Below, piece by piece: positions 8,469 to 17,967 of a stretch of DNA of 32,000 bases. This DNA is from Gemmata obscuriglobus (GTDB lineage: Bacteria > Planctomycetota > Planctomycetia > Gemmatales > Gemmataceae): positions 5,700,001-5,732,000 of the forward strand of contig NZ_CP042911.1 in the NCBI RefSeq assembly GCF_008065095.1. The letters are read 5' to 3'. The number at the start of each line of letters is the position of its first letter. Position 1 is the first letter of the stretch. The position numbers and the translations under genes are program-made. The notes beneath the pieces were generated by a model. That model worked only from the letters and a program-made list of their open reading frames with translations, had not been told where the DNA came from and made no database searches.

Positions 8469-9185
8469 TTAGCTGTCGGACCCGGGCGGCGCAATGGCGT
8501 CGCCCGGTTTGTTTCGCTCGCGGCTCCGCAGTTCGCTCTGCTCGCGCCGCCACTTTGCGACCGCTTGATGGTTCCCGCTCAGTAGGATGTCGGGAACGGC
8601 CAATCCTTCGTACACCCGCGGTCGCGTGTATTGCGGGTACTCCAACCTTCCGTCTTCGCTGTGCGACTCATCCGCGGCGCTCTGTTCATCGCCCAGCACC
8701 CCGGGCATCAGCCTGATGACGGTGTCGATCAGGACCATCGCGGGGACTTCGCCGCCGTTGCACACGAAGTCGCCGACCGAAATTTCGGTCGGGTTCAACA
8801 ACTGTCGGATGCGGTCGTCGAACCCTTCGTAGCGCCCGCACAGCAACAGCAACCGCGGCTCTCCGGCCAACCGCTCGACCACCCGCTGCGTGAGGCGTTC
8901 GCCCGCGGGGGTGAGCATCACCACTTTGCCGGGCGGCTCCGCCTTGGCCCGCACGGCCGCCACACAGTCCACGACCGGTTGCACGCTCAGCACCATCCCG
9001 GGGCCGCCGCCGAACGGCCGGTCGTCCACACGCTGGTGCTTGTTCTGGGTCCAGTCGCGGATGTTCCAGGCATGGACCTGAACGATCCCGGCCTGAATCG
9101 CATCCTCAAGGAGGCTCTGACGCACGTACCCGTCAAATATGCCGGGAAACAACGTCAGAACGTCAAACCTGATGGTGCGGTTCAT
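8469..9185 (-). CDS. trmD: tRNA (guanine37-N1)-methyltransferase
   Basis: FDVLTLFPGIFDGY, RVDDRPFGGGPGMVL, LLCGRYEGFDDRI and SVGDFVCNGGEVPAMVLIDTVIRLMPGVLG are canonical TrmD motifs. Confidence 0.95.
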   Translation of the reverse strand: MNRTIRFDVLTLFPGIFDGYVRQSLLEDAIQAGIVQVHAWNIRDWTQNKHQRVDDRPFGGGPGMVLSVQPVVDCVAAVRAKAEPPGKVVMLTPAGERLTQRVVERLAGEPRLLLLCGRYEGFDDRIRQLLNPTEISVGDFVCNGGEVPAMVLIDTVIRLMPGVLGDEQSAADESHSEDGRLEYPQYTRPRVYEGLAVPDILLSGNHQAVAKWRREQSELRSRERNKPGDAIAPPGSDS

Positions 9186-9196
9186 CGGGACTCAGC

Positions 9197-9529
9197 TCAG
9201 CCGGTCGGCGTGCTGGCTTCCGCGGCCTTCTTGGCGGCGTCTTCCGCCGCCTTGGCGGCAGCCGATGCCTCGATCTCTTCCCACTTCTTCATGAAGTTCT
9301 TGAAGATCGCGGCGCAGTGCTCGGACGCCTGCGCGCCCACGCTCTGCCAGTACTTGATGCGGGCGGGCTTCAGCGTCACGCGGTCGCCCTTCTCCTTGAC
9401 GTGCGGGTCGTAGGTGCCCAGCTCCTCGATCACCTTGCCGTCGCGCGGCTGGCGGTGGTCGATGGCCACGATGCGGTAGTAGTGCCGGTGGGTACGGCCC
9501 ATCTGTTTCATCCGGATGCGAACTGCCAC
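9197..9529 (-). CDS. rpsP: 30S ribosomal protein S16 (GTG start) with an Ala/Lys-rich C-terminal tail
   Basis: (M)AVRIRMKQMGRTHRHYYRIVAIDHRQPRDGKVIEELGTYDP...ARIKYWQSVGAQ is canonical S16. AGGGGA lies 9 nt upstream of the GTG at 9529-9527. Confidence 0.95.
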   Translation of the reverse strand: MAVRIRMKQMGRTHRHYYRIVAIDHRQPRDGKVIEELGTYDPHVKEKGDRVTLKPARIKYWQSVGAQASEHCAAIFKNFMKKWEEIEASAAAKAAEDAAKKAAEASTPTG

Positions 9530-9580
9530 TGTCGATATCCCCTACGATGCCGTCATTCTGCCCAGAACAGGAATCTTAGT

Positions 9581-9661
9581 AAGTCGTCGAAAGTCGTAAA
9601 GTCCCAAGTCGTAAAGTCGAAGGCCGGAGCGGCCCCTGGGATCGACTTTACGACTTGGGAC
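9581..9661. repeat. Direct repeats of an AAGTCGTAAAGTC-type motif plus a 20-bp perfect-stem hairpin in the ffh-rpsP spacer
   Basis: 9581 AAGTCGTCGA, 9591 AAGTCGTAAAGTC and 9606 AAGTCGTAAAGTC are direct copies. The stem 9601-9620 (GTCCCAAGTCGTAAAGTCGA) is the exact reverse complement of 9642-9661. The 21-nt loop contains GGCC-GGAGC-GGCC. Confidence 0.75.
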
Positions 9662-9683
9662 GGACGGCTTTCGGTGCTGTGAG

Positions 9684-11129
9684 CTATTTTCGCTTCTTTT
9701 TCTTCTTCCGGTCTTCGGCCCGCTCCTTGGCGCTCTTGCGATGCCCGGTGTCGCCCTTGGTCTTGATCTGGTCCATCCCGCCGGGCAGGAAGGCCCCCAT
9801 TTTACCCATCCCGGTGACCATCTTCAGCCGCTGCCAGAGCGACATCGACGCCATCTGCTTCATCAGTACCCGGACCTGTCCGAACTGCTTGAGGAACTGG
9901 TTCACCTCGTGCGGCTCGACGCCGGCCCCCTTCGCGATGCGGCGCCGCCGCGGGGTGTCGATGATGTCGGGGTCGGCGCGCTCCTTCTTGGTCATCGAGT
10001 CGATCATCCCCTGGACGCGTTTCAGCGCGACCTCGGGGTCCTCGCCCTCGGGGATCATCTCGGACATCCCCGGCATCCGGGAGATCATGTCCTTCATGCC
10101 CATCTTGGCGATCTGCTCGAACTGCTTGCGGAAGTCGTCGATCGTGAACTCGCCCTTTTTGATCTTCTCCTGCTGGGCGGCGAGCTCCTCCTGCGACATC
10201 TGCTGCTGGATGCTCGCGATCTTTTCGACCACGCCCATCATGTCGCCCTGGCCGAGGATGCGCCCCGCCATGCGTTCGGGGACGAAGTCCTCGAGTTTGT
10301 CGACCTTTTCCCCCATCCCGACGAACTTGATCGGCACCCCGGTGACGCCCTTGATCGACAGCGCCGCGCCGCCGCGGGCGTCGCCGTCGAGCTTGGTCAG
10401 GATGCAGGCGTTCAGCTCCAGGGCGTCGTTGAACGTCTTGGCGACGTTGGCCGCTTCCTGCCCGATCATCGCGTCCACGACGAGGTAGCACTCGTCGGGC
10501 TTCACGAGCTTGTCGATGCGCTTCAGCTCGTCCATCAGAGCGTCGTCGATCTGCAGCCGCCCCGCGGTGTCGAGGATGACGCAGTCGCACAGCGTCTTCT
10601 TCGCCTGGGCCACGGCGTTGCGGCACACGTCGACCGGGTTGGTCGCCTCGCTGTAAACGGGCACGCCGATCTGCTCGCCCAGGGTGCGGAGCTGCTCGAC
10701 CGCCCCGGGCCGCTGGAGGTCGGCCGCCGCCAGCATCGGCTTGCGGTTCTGGCCCTTGAGTGTGAGCGCCAATTTGGCCGCGGTGGTGGTCTTACCGGCC
10801 CCCTGGAGCCCGCAGAGCATCAGCACGACGGGCCGGTCGGCGCGCTGGGGGATCTTGTGGTCCACCGGCCCCATGAGGGCGACGAGTTCTTCGTAAACGT
10901 TCTTGACGATCTGCTCGGACGGGTCCACCCGGGCCAGCACGTCCTGCCCCAGCGACTTCGCCTCCACGCGCGCGATGAAGTCGGTCGCGACGGTAAAGTT
11001 GACGTCCGCCTCGAGGAACGCGCGGCGGACCTCGCGGAGGCCGTCCTTCACGTTCTCGGCGGTCAACCGCCCGCGCCCGCGGAGCTTCTTGAGCGCGTCG
11101 CCGAGCGATTTGGTGATGCCTTCGAACAT
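9684..11129 (-). CDS. ffh: Signal recognition particle protein Ffh
   Basis: N domain MFEGITKSLGDALKKLRGRGRLTAENV. G domain LCGLQGAGKTTTAAKLA, DTAGR, TKLDGDARGGAALS. Met-rich M domain, and a poly-Lys C-terminus. Confidence 0.95.
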   Translation of the reverse strand: MFEGITKSLGDALKKLRGRGRLTAENVKDGLREVRRAFLEADVNFTVATDFIARVEAKSLGQDVLARVDPSEQIVKNVYEELVALMGPVDHKIPQRADRPVVLMLCGLQGAGKTTTAAKLALTLKGQNRKPMLAAADLQRPGAVEQLRTLGEQIGVPVYSEATNPVDVCRNAVAQAKKTLCDCVILDTAGRLQIDDALMDELKRIDKLVKPDECYLVVDAMIGQEAANVAKTFNDALELNACILTKLDGDARGGAALSIKGVTGVPIKFVGMGEKVDKLEDFVPERMAGRILGQGDMMGVVEKIASIQQQMSQEELAAQQEKIKKGEFTIDDFRKQFEQIAKMGMKDMISRMPGMSEMIPEGEDPEVALKRVQGMIDSMTKKERADPDIIDTPRRRRIAKGAGVEPHEVNQFLKQFGQVRVLMKQMASMSLWQRLKMVTGMGKMGAFLPGGMDQIKTKGDTGHRKSAKERAEDRKKKKKRK

Positions 11130-11422
11130 GTGGTTCTGCCTGACGGGGCTCGTAAGTGTGCTGGCGGCCGCGGGGCCGACAGCTTACTTTAAGACAACGC
11201 CGAGTCGGCTTCAACGGGACCGAAAGCCGGGCCGTTCTCGCGGGTATAAAGACTCGAACGCGGCCACAGGTTGTTACAGAAAACGCAGATCAGAACCGAA
11301 ACGGTTCGCGTCCGGACCAGGACCGACACGGGACCGCTCCGGTCGAACGTGAGCGGTCACTGGTCCGTGCCTTCCACGTTCGCCCGTGGCCGCCGGTATC
11401 CCGCTTTCGCACCGGAGACGTT

Positions 11423-12808
11423 ATGCGTGTGTTGCTGACCGTTGTCGCGTTCGGTGTGTGTGCCGGGGCGGTGGGCGCCGAGGACTGGCCGCAGTGGCTC
11501 GGGCCGAAGCGCGACGGCACCTGGCGCGAGGACGGGCTGGTCGAGAAGTTCCCGGCCAGCGGTCCCAAGATCGCGTGGAAAGCCGACATCGGCGTCGGGT
11601 ACGCCGGGCCGGCGGTCGCGAGCGGCAAGGTGTTCGTCATCGACCTCGTGCCGGCCGAAAAGGCGAAAGTGCCCAGCGACGGGTTCGCGAAGGGTGCCCG
11701 GGTGCCGGGCAAGGAGCGCGTGCAGTGCCTTGATGCCGCCACCGGCAAGCCGGTGTGGTCCACGGATTACCCGGTCGATTACACGATCAGCTACGCCGCC
11801 GGGCCGCGCTGCACCCCCACCGTTGACGGGGACATGGTGTACACGCTCGGCGCGATGGGGGACCTGAAAGCCGTCACGGTCGCCGACGGCAAAGTGGCCT
11901 GGTCGAAGAACTTCATGAAGGACTACGACGCCGGCCTCCCGGTGTGGGGCTTCTCGTCGCACCCGCTCGTCGATGGGGACAAGCTGATCTGCCTCGTCGG
12001 CGGGACGAATGACCGCCTGGTGATCGCGTTCGACAAGAAGACCGGAAAGGAACTCTGGACCTCACAGAACTGCCAGGGCGATTTCGGCTACAGCCCGCCG
12101 ATGATTTACGAGTTCGGCGGCAAGCGCCAGCTCATCGTCTGGCACACCCGGGCGGTGGTCGGGTTGGAGCCCGACACCGGTAAGCTCCTGTGGCGCGTGC
12201 CGTTCGAGGTGAAGTACGCGCTGACCGCCCCGACGCCGCGCAAGGTGGGCGAGGACAAGCTGTTCGTAACCTCGTTCTACAACGGCTCGCTGCTTCTCAA
12301 GGTCGGTGCGGACAAGGCCAGCGTGGTGTGGAAGAGCAAGGCCCGCGGCGAAACCCCGGACCTCACCACCGACCTGAGTTCGATCATGGCGACGCCCGTC
12401 GTGGTGGGCGAGCACATTTACGGCGTGTGCAGCTACGGGCAGCTCCGGTGCATCGAGACTGGCACCGGCAAGCGGGTGTGGGAGTCCATGCGGGCCACGC
12501 GCGGCGCCCGCACCCCGAAAGCGATCGCCGAAAACGACGAACCGAGCGACAAGGAGCGCTGGGGGCTCGCGTTCCTGATCCCGCAGGGGGACCGCTACTT
12601 CCTGTTCAACGAGCAGGGCGACCTCATCATTGCGAAACTCACTCCGAAGGGGTACGAAGAGTTGGACCGGGCGCACCTCATCGACCCGACCAACACGATG
12701 GCAGGCCGCGGCCGGCTGGTGGTGTGGATGCACCCTGCGTTCGCCAACAAGTGCGTGTTCGTGCGCAACGACAAGGAGCTGATCTGCTACTCGCTCGCGA
12801 AAGAGTAG
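11423..12808 (+). CDS. Secreted PQQ-like (BamB-like) beta-propeller repeat protein
   Basis: I trimmed the 550-aa ORF to [32 protein letters not shown], a signal peptide followed by the DWPQW(L/R)GP start typical of this family. Repeated G.(V/I)(Y/F)..(D/S)..G.L.(A/C) blades run through the rest of the protein. Confidence 0.8.
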   Translation: MRVLLTVVAFGVCAGAVGAEDWPQWLGPKRDGTWREDGLVEKFPASGPKIAWKADIGVGYAGPAVASGKVFVIDLVPAEKAKVPSDGFAKGARVPGKERVQCLDAATGKPVWSTDYPVDYTISYAAGPRCTPTVDGDMVYTLGAMGDLKAVTVADGKVAWSKNFMKDYDAGLPVWGFSSHPLVDGDKLICLVGGTNDRLVIAFDKKTGKELWTSQNCQGDFGYSPPMIYEFGGKRQLIVWHTRAVVGLEPDTGKLLWRVPFEVKYALTAPTPRKVGEDKLFVTSFYNGSLLLKVGADKASVVWKSKARGETPDLTTDLSSIMATPVVVGEHIYGVCSYGQLRCIETGTGKRVWESMRATRGARTPKAIAENDEPSDKERWGLAFLIPQGDRYFLFNEQGDLIIAKLTPKGYEELDRAHLIDPTNTMAGRGRLVVWMHPAFANKCVFVRNDKELICYSLAKE

Positions 12809-12838
12809 CATACGGTGAGCCCGCGGCAGTTCGGCCCG

Positions 12839-14227
12839 TCACCGCGACGGACCGAACGCAACGCCTGCGTCCACCAGGGCCGCCTCGTCCCGGCCGGCGA
12901 GTGCGAGCTTGCTGCCGTCCGGGCTGAACGCGAAGACCGCTTCGGGCAGAGCGTAGTCGCTGGGCTGGAACTGCCCCACCAGTTTGAACGAGCTGAGGTC
13001 GTACATCTGGAGTATCGTCCTCGGCGGCGCAGCACCGTCGAGCCCACCGGTAGCCGCGACCACGAGCCGCCCGCCGACGAGCCAGCATGCCTTCGGTCGG
13101 TGAGAATGCAGTTCCCAGGAGAACAACTGCCGACCGCTCTCGATGTCCCAGACTTTTACGGAAGCCCCGTCCAGCACCGCCGCCCGGTGACCGTCGTTGG
13201 AAACGACCGGTCGCGACGGTGCCGGGGGCGTGACCGAGTCCACCGGAGCCGCCGCGACTGGTTTCAGGGTGCCGTCCGTGAGCAGCGAGTACAGCCCCGG
13301 CGGACGGTCGCTCCCTGCCGTGGTCGGGAAGTGGAGCAACATTTTATTCTTGCGCGGGAACAGGAGATCTGCACGGAGTACGTCCGCCCCCTGGACGAGG
13401 CGCCGGGTCGGTTCGGGCTGGCCGGTCGTGGGTGAAATGGTGTCGAACGAGCAGCCGCCCTCCGCCCCGATGCCAACCGTCAGCTCGTGTGTTGTGGAGT
13501 GAAACCCGACGGGGCCAAACCCCCGCGCCCGTTCGGCGCCCGGCTCCCACACGCCGACGCGCTTGCCGGTTGCGTCACAGGTCTCCAGGCTCCACCCGGG
13601 CTTCCCCTCGTGAACAAAGTACATCCGCGCTCCGTTCGGAGCGACCAACGCTGCGCGCGAGTCCTTCGGCCGAACCCGCACGACCGCCGGGTCCCCCAGT
13701 GTCCACACATTAACCGCACCCGCGGTCTGCACCAGAACCCGGAAGCCCGCGTTGTCGACCGCAACGCTCTCGGGCAAATCTCCGGTCCGCTCTGCGCTCG
13801 CGTCGGCTGACACGCGCACCCCCCACAGGGCGAGCAGAGGGCCTTTGCGCACGGCGGGCGCATCGACTTTCGCGTCGCGCGGCTTGTCGGCCTTCGCCTT
13901 CACACTCGGATCGGATTTCGCGTCTTTGCGAGTTTCACCGGAAACCGCGGCCGGAGCAGGAGTGGCGGCCGCGGCCGCACCACTGCCACCACTACTGCTT
14001 ACACCGCCAGCGCTGCCTCCTTTGCCCGAGCCGGCTTCACCGTCCGACTTCCCCCCTCCGCCCGGTTTCTCCGGCGCGTCCGGGTAGTCACGTTCGCCGC
14101 CGCGGCTCTGCCCGCCCCCGCCCAGCAGCGCTTGAAACTCGGCTTCAAACCGAGTGACAAGGAACGCCCCGCCGACAAGCAGACACGCCATGAAGACGGC
14201 AGCCATGGTAACCTGTCTGTCTGTCAT
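12839..14227 (-). CDS. Membrane-anchored protein: N-terminal TM helix, Gly/Ser/Ala/Lys low-complexity linker, WD40-like beta-propeller
   Basis: MTDRQVTMAAVFMACLLVGGAFLV is the TM helix. About 110 aa of G/S/A/K-rich linker follow. WD40-like strands include ASVKVWDIESGRQLFSWE and AFSPDGSKLALAGRDEAALVD. Confidence 0.65.
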   Translation of the reverse strand: MTDRQVTMAAVFMACLLVGGAFLVTRFEAEFQALLGGGGQSRGGERDYPDAPEKPGGGGKSDGEAGSGKGGSAGGVSSSGGSGAAAAATPAPAAVSGETRKDAKSDPSVKAKADKPRDAKVDAPAVRKGPLLALWGVRVSADASAERTGDLPESVAVDNAGFRVLVQTAGAVNVWTLGDPAVVRVRPKDSRAALVAPNGARMYFVHEGKPGWSLETCDATGKRVGVWEPGAERARGFGPVGFHSTTHELTVGIGAEGGCSFDTISPTTGQPEPTRRLVQGADVLRADLLFPRKNKMLLHFPTTAGSDRPPGLYSLLTDGTLKPVAAAPVDSVTPPAPSRPVVSNDGHRAAVLDGASVKVWDIESGRQLFSWELHSHRPKACWLVGGRLVVAATGGLDGAAPPRTILQMYDLSSFKLVGQFQPSDYALPEAVFAFSPDGSKLALAGRDEAALVDAGVAFGPSR

Positions 14228-14550
14228 GCGCGCGCCTCCGGGGGTTCAGCCGAACCCTAGAGCGCGTTTCCCGGCTCGGTGCAAAAGGTTACCGCTGCGG
14301 CAAGTGGTGCCTCACCACCCCGCGCCGCCCCACAACTTCAGAAACGATTTGAGTCCGAATCCAACAACAACGGCACGCACAGTGTGCGTCTCCATTATGA
14401 ACTGGGCGTGAGGACCGACACTGTGAGGACTGCACCAAACGAAGTGGTTACCTTTTACTGGACCGATACAACGGCGGCTGGTCCGCCTTCAAACCGGCTG
14501 CCGCGGCCGCGTGCAGGGGAAATGAAGGACCCGTTTGCGAAGTGAGCCGC

Positions 14551-14584
14551 GTGGCGGCGGGCCGATCGGCGATCCCGCCGCCAC
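14551..14584 (-). terminator. GC-rich hairpin 12 nt downstream of the pilT stop
   Basis: GTGGCGGCGGG (14551-14561) and CCCGCCGCCAC (14574-14584) form a perfect 11-bp stem with a 12-nt loop. There is no clear U-tract. Confidence 0.45.
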
Positions 14585-14596
14585 ATGCGAACGACA

Positions 14597-15787
14597 TCAC
14601 ACGAGACCGCTGGCCGCGACCTTGATGCCCTTCAGGGCCATCCGGAGTTGTTCGGGGTTCGGCGAGAACTCCAGCGCGGTCGCCTTATCGATACGCCCGC
14701 CGAGGCACAAGTCTTCCAGGTTCTTGTTGAAGTCCATCATCCCTTCGTTGTAAAATGCCCGGATCGCGTCCAGCAGCTTCGCGTCCTGGCCCTTCAGGAT
14801 GATGTCCCGGATCGTCGGGTTGACGATCATGATCTCGTTCGTCGGCACCCGCTGCACGCCCGGGATGCACGACGGCACCAGTTTCTGCGCCACCACGGCG
14901 CGGAGGTTGAACACCAGCGACTGACGGACCGCCCCGTGCTGGCTGGGCGGGAACAGCCCCAGGATGCGGTCGACGGTGCTGTACGCGTTCGAGGCGTGGA
15001 TCGTCCCGAACACGACGTGCCCGGTTTCTGCGGCGTGAACCGCGGCCTCAAACGTCTCCGAGTCGCGCATTTCGCCCACGAGGATCACGTCCGGGTCTTC
15101 GCGCACCGCGTGCTTCAGCGCCGTGTGCCAGTCGCACACGTCCAGGTACACCTCGCGCTGGTTCACCACGCTCATCTTGTCCGTGAACACGAACTCGATC
15201 GGGTCCTCAATGGTGAGGATGTGCAGCGCCTCGTTCATGTTCATGTAGTCCAGCATCGACGCGATCGTCGTCGACTTGCCGGACCCGGTCACACCCGCCA
15301 GCAGCACCATCCCCTGCTCGAAGTGGCACAACTTCTCGATGGTCGCCGGAAGGCCGAGCTTCTCGAACGACGGGATCGACTGGTTCACCAGCCGCGCCAC
15401 CATCGCGAACTTGCCGCGCTGCTTGAGCAGGTTCACGCGGTAACGGGCCTCGTCGTTCCCGATGACGTGCGCGAAGTCCGCGCCGCCGGTCTCGTCGAGG
15501 ATCTTCTTGTCTTTCTCGCGCAGGATCGGGTAGATCAGCTTTTCCAGCGTTTCCTGCGTCAGCACCGGCGTGTTCATCTTCTGGATGACGCCGCGGAGCC
15601 GCATCATCCCGGGCAGCCCAGCCTTCAGGTGCAGGTCCGAGCCTTTGTGCAGCATCACCGTGCGGAACAGTTGGTTGATCTGCGGCTCGCCGGGCACGCT
15701 GGTGGCGACTTTCAGCCCCGGCTCCGGGGAGTTGATCGGGATCGGTACGTAGGGCGCGGGGGGCGGGGGCGGCGAAGCGGGGGGCAT
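14597..15787 (-). CDS. pilT: Type IV pilus retraction ATPase PilT (twitching motility)
   Basis: Walker A GVTGSGKSTT, Asp box ILTIEDPIEF, Walker B DPDVILVGEMRD, His box GHVVFGTIHA, and an AIRNLIRE-like motif IRDIILKG. I trimmed the start to MPPASPPPPP (GAGGAG upstream) because the longer ORF would overlap hisF. Confidence 0.9.
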   Translation of the reverse strand: MPPASPPPPPAPYVPIPINSPEPGLKVATSVPGEPQINQLFRTVMLHKGSDLHLKAGLPGMMRLRGVIQKMNTPVLTQETLEKLIYPILREKDKKILDETGGADFAHVIGNDEARYRVNLLKQRGKFAMVARLVNQSIPSFEKLGLPATIEKLCHFEQGMVLLAGVTGSGKSTTIASMLDYMNMNEALHILTIEDPIEFVFTDKMSVVNQREVYLDVCDWHTALKHAVREDPDVILVGEMRDSETFEAAVHAAETGHVVFGTIHASNAYSTVDRILGLFPPSQHGAVRQSLVFNLRAVVAQKLVPSCIPGVQRVPTNEIMIVNPTIRDIILKGQDAKLLDAIRAFYNEGMMDFNKNLEDLCLGGRIDKATALEFSPNPEQLRMALKGIKVAASGLV

Positions 15788-15848
15788 CGGTGGCTCCTCG
15801 GCGAACGAGAATGAGATGACGCGATCAGTTCCGCGGCCGCGCGGCGGG

Positions 15849-16676
15849 CTACACGCGCACGGGCACGCCCTTCGAGGCGAGGTACGCTTTGGTGTCCGGA
15901 ATCGAGTACTCGTTGTAGTGGAAGATGCTGGCGGCCAGCGCCGCGTCCGCACCGGCCTCGAACGCGAGGCGCAGGTGCTCGGGGCTCCCGGCCCCGCCGC
16001 TCGCGACCACCGGCACGTTCACAGCACGGCTCACCGCCGCCAGCATCGGGAGGTCGTACCCGCTCTTGGTGCCGTCGGCGTCCATCGACGTGAGGACGAT
16101 TTCGCCGGCCCCCAGTTCGACCACCCGCCGCGCCCACCACACGGCCTCTAAGCCCGTGGGGACCCGACCGCCGTTGACGTGAACCTCCCAGACCGATTCT
16201 TCGGACGCGTCCGCGGCCACCGGAGTAAACGCCGCTCCGAGCTTCTCATTCCGCGCGAGGAACTCCCCGCGCGGGACGCGCTTCGGATCGATGTTCACCA
16301 CCGTGGCGCAGTTGCCGAACTTTCGGCTCACCTGCTCGATCAGTTCGGGGGTGCGCACGGCCGCGGAGTTCAGGCTCACCTTTTCCGCGCCGGCCTGGAT
16401 GAGTTGGGTCGCGTCGCCGATGGTGCGGATGCCGCCGCCGACGGTGAAGGGCATGAAGATCTGCTCCGCGACGCGGCGCACCATCTCCAGCATGATCGCC
16501 CGACCCTCGTGGCTGGCCGAGATGTCGAGGAACACGAGTTCGTCGGCGCCCTGTTCGTCGTACCGCCGGGCCACCTCGACCGGGTCGCCGGCGTCGCGGA
16601 GTCCGACGAAATTCGTACCCTTCACCACGCGCCCGCGATCCACATCGAGGCACGGAATGATGCGCTTGGTGAACAT
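15849..16676 (-). CDS. hisF: Imidazole glycerol phosphate synthase cyclase subunit HisF
   Basis: [44 protein letters not shown] and VASGGAG are canonical HisF. I trimmed 90 N-terminal codons from the 365-aa ORF. Confidence 0.95.
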   Translation of the reverse strand: MFTKRIIPCLDVDRGRVVKGTNFVGLRDAGDPVEVARRYDEQGADELVFLDISASHEGRAIMLEMVRRVAEQIFMPFTVGGGIRTIGDATQLIQAGAEKVSLNSAAVRTPELIEQVSRKFGNCATVVNIDPKRVPRGEFLARNEKLGAAFTPVAADASEESVWEVHVNGGRVPTGLEAVWWARRVVELGAGEIVLTSMDADGTKSGYDLPMLAAVSRAVNVPVVASGGAGSPEHLRLAFEAGADAALAASIFHYNEYSIPDTKAYLASKGVPVRV

Positions 16677-16810
16677 CGAACCTTTGGTTTCGTCGCGTGG
16701 GCGGGTTGAGAAGAGTCTGATGTGATCGTACCGGGCGGCGCCCGTGCGGTCAATCGGCCCCCGCGCACACCGCAACACGAACCGGGGCGGGCGGCCCGCG
16801 GCGGGGCCGG

Positions 16811-16963
16811 TCAGTCGATCCGGTTGGCGGCGACCCAGAGCATGTAGGCGACGCGGTCGTTGAGCTGCTGGCGCTTGCGGTGCTGGAGGTAAACGTCGCG
16901 GTACCCGTAATACAGACAGGCGATGGTCAGGCAGGCGATGTTGCACGCGAGTAACTGGAACAC
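16811..16963 (-). CDS. Possible small membrane protein (50 aa, GTG start)
   Basis: [50 protein letters not shown] has one hydrophobic helix followed by a basic segment. GGGGAGA lies about 5 nt upstream of the GTG at 16963. No family recognised. Confidence 0.35.
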   Translation of the reverse strand: MFQLLACNIACLTIACLYYGYRDVYLQHRKRQQLNDRVAYMLWVAANRID

Positions 16964-17193
16964 GGGTGGTCTCCCCAATCGAACGGAAAGCGACTTTAAG
17001 GTTCGGGGCGTTCGCGGGCGAGCGGCCCGGAGGTGCCAGAACCGTAGGTCACTTGCCGACCGGGGCAACCGGCGCGGGGGGAAAAACCGATGCGTGAAAA
17101 GCCCGGAAGTGAAGGGTTTTTCTGCACTGTTAACGCGACCGCTGAAACCGGCATCGCCGGATCGGTCGGGTGTTCAGGGAAGTTGACGGCGTG

Positions 17194-17877
17194 CTAGGGA
17201 GCTTCAGACGGGGCCGCAATTACCTCGCCTCGCAGCCCGTCCAACCCCTCGCTCCCGAGGCGGATGAGGCGTCCGCCCACTTCGACCTCGAACAGGTCGT
17301 CGAGTTCCTGGTACGAGAGCACGTGAACGCTGGCCCCGGGCGTGAGCCCCTGCTGCTGCCAGCGGCGGAGCCGGTCGGGGTTGTCGTCCTGGGCCTCGCG
17401 CACGACTACCATGTCTCCCGCCCGGAACTCGGACAGTCGCTTCAAGTTCCGCGCCTGGAGCACCCCGGAGCTGGACGGAATCAGGTGCCCGTGCGGGTCC
17501 TCGTGCGGCTCGCCAAGGTAATCGGCGATCGCCTGCTCGAGCCGCGGCGAGATGGCGTGCTCCAGCGCTTCCGCTTCGGCGTCCACCTCGCTCCAGTCGA
17601 GCTTCAGGGCCTTGGTGAGAAACAGCTCCACGAGCCGGTGCCGCCGGATCACCCGGAGCGCCTCGGTCCGCCCGCCCGGCGACAGTTTCGCGCCCTCGCC
17701 GGCGGAATATTCGATCCAGCCGGCGTCCGCGAGCCGCTTCAACATTCCGGTGACGGAGGGTGCCTTCACCCCCAGCGCGCTGGCAATCTTCCCGGACGGC
17801 ACGCCCTCATCGGCGCCACCGAGCATGTGAATAGCTTTCAGATAGTCTTGAACGGCTGGCGACAATTGTTCGGCCAT
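17194..17877 (-). CDS. DtxR/MntR-family metal-dependent transcriptional regulator with a FeoA/SH3-like C-terminal domain
   Basis: MAEQLSPAVQDYLKAIHML...IASALGVKAPSVTGMLKRLADAGWI (wHTH), RRHRLVELFL and DWSEVDAEAEALEHAISP (metal and dimerisation region). The C-terminal part FRAGDMVVVREAQDD...VHVLSY is FeoA-like. Confidence 0.85.
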   Translation of the reverse strand: MAEQLSPAVQDYLKAIHMLGGADEGVPSGKIASALGVKAPSVTGMLKRLADAGWIEYSAGEGAKLSPGGRTEALRVIRRHRLVELFLTKALKLDWSEVDAEAEALEHAISPRLEQAIADYLGEPHEDPHGHLIPSSSGVLQARNLKRLSEFRAGDMVVVREAQDDNPDRLRRWQQQGLTPGASVHVLSYQELDDLFEVEVGGRLIRLGSEGLDGLRGEVIAAPSEAP

Positions 17878-17967
17878 GCCGGGGACTCCGAATCCGTGAG
17901 GTGTGCCACCACTTATCATAACGAACGGACAAGGAAAGGCGGTGATGAGTTCGTGAATCGGGCCGGT

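Noticed and set aside
9741-11192. 483-aa plus-strand ORF
   Set aside because: It is entirely antisense to ffh, which has unambiguous SRP54 motifs. Its composition is Leu/Arg/Gly/Asp-rich nonsense.
14585-15814. 409-aa plus-strand ORF
   Set aside because: It is antisense to pilT, and pilT has the full set of secretion-ATPase motifs.
17085-17130. Possible terminator hairpin GAAAAGCCC...GGGTTTTTC downstream of the DtxR-family gene
   Set aside because: The stem is short and mismatched and lacks a proper flanking U-tract on the relevant (minus) strand. It is not distinguishable from chance.
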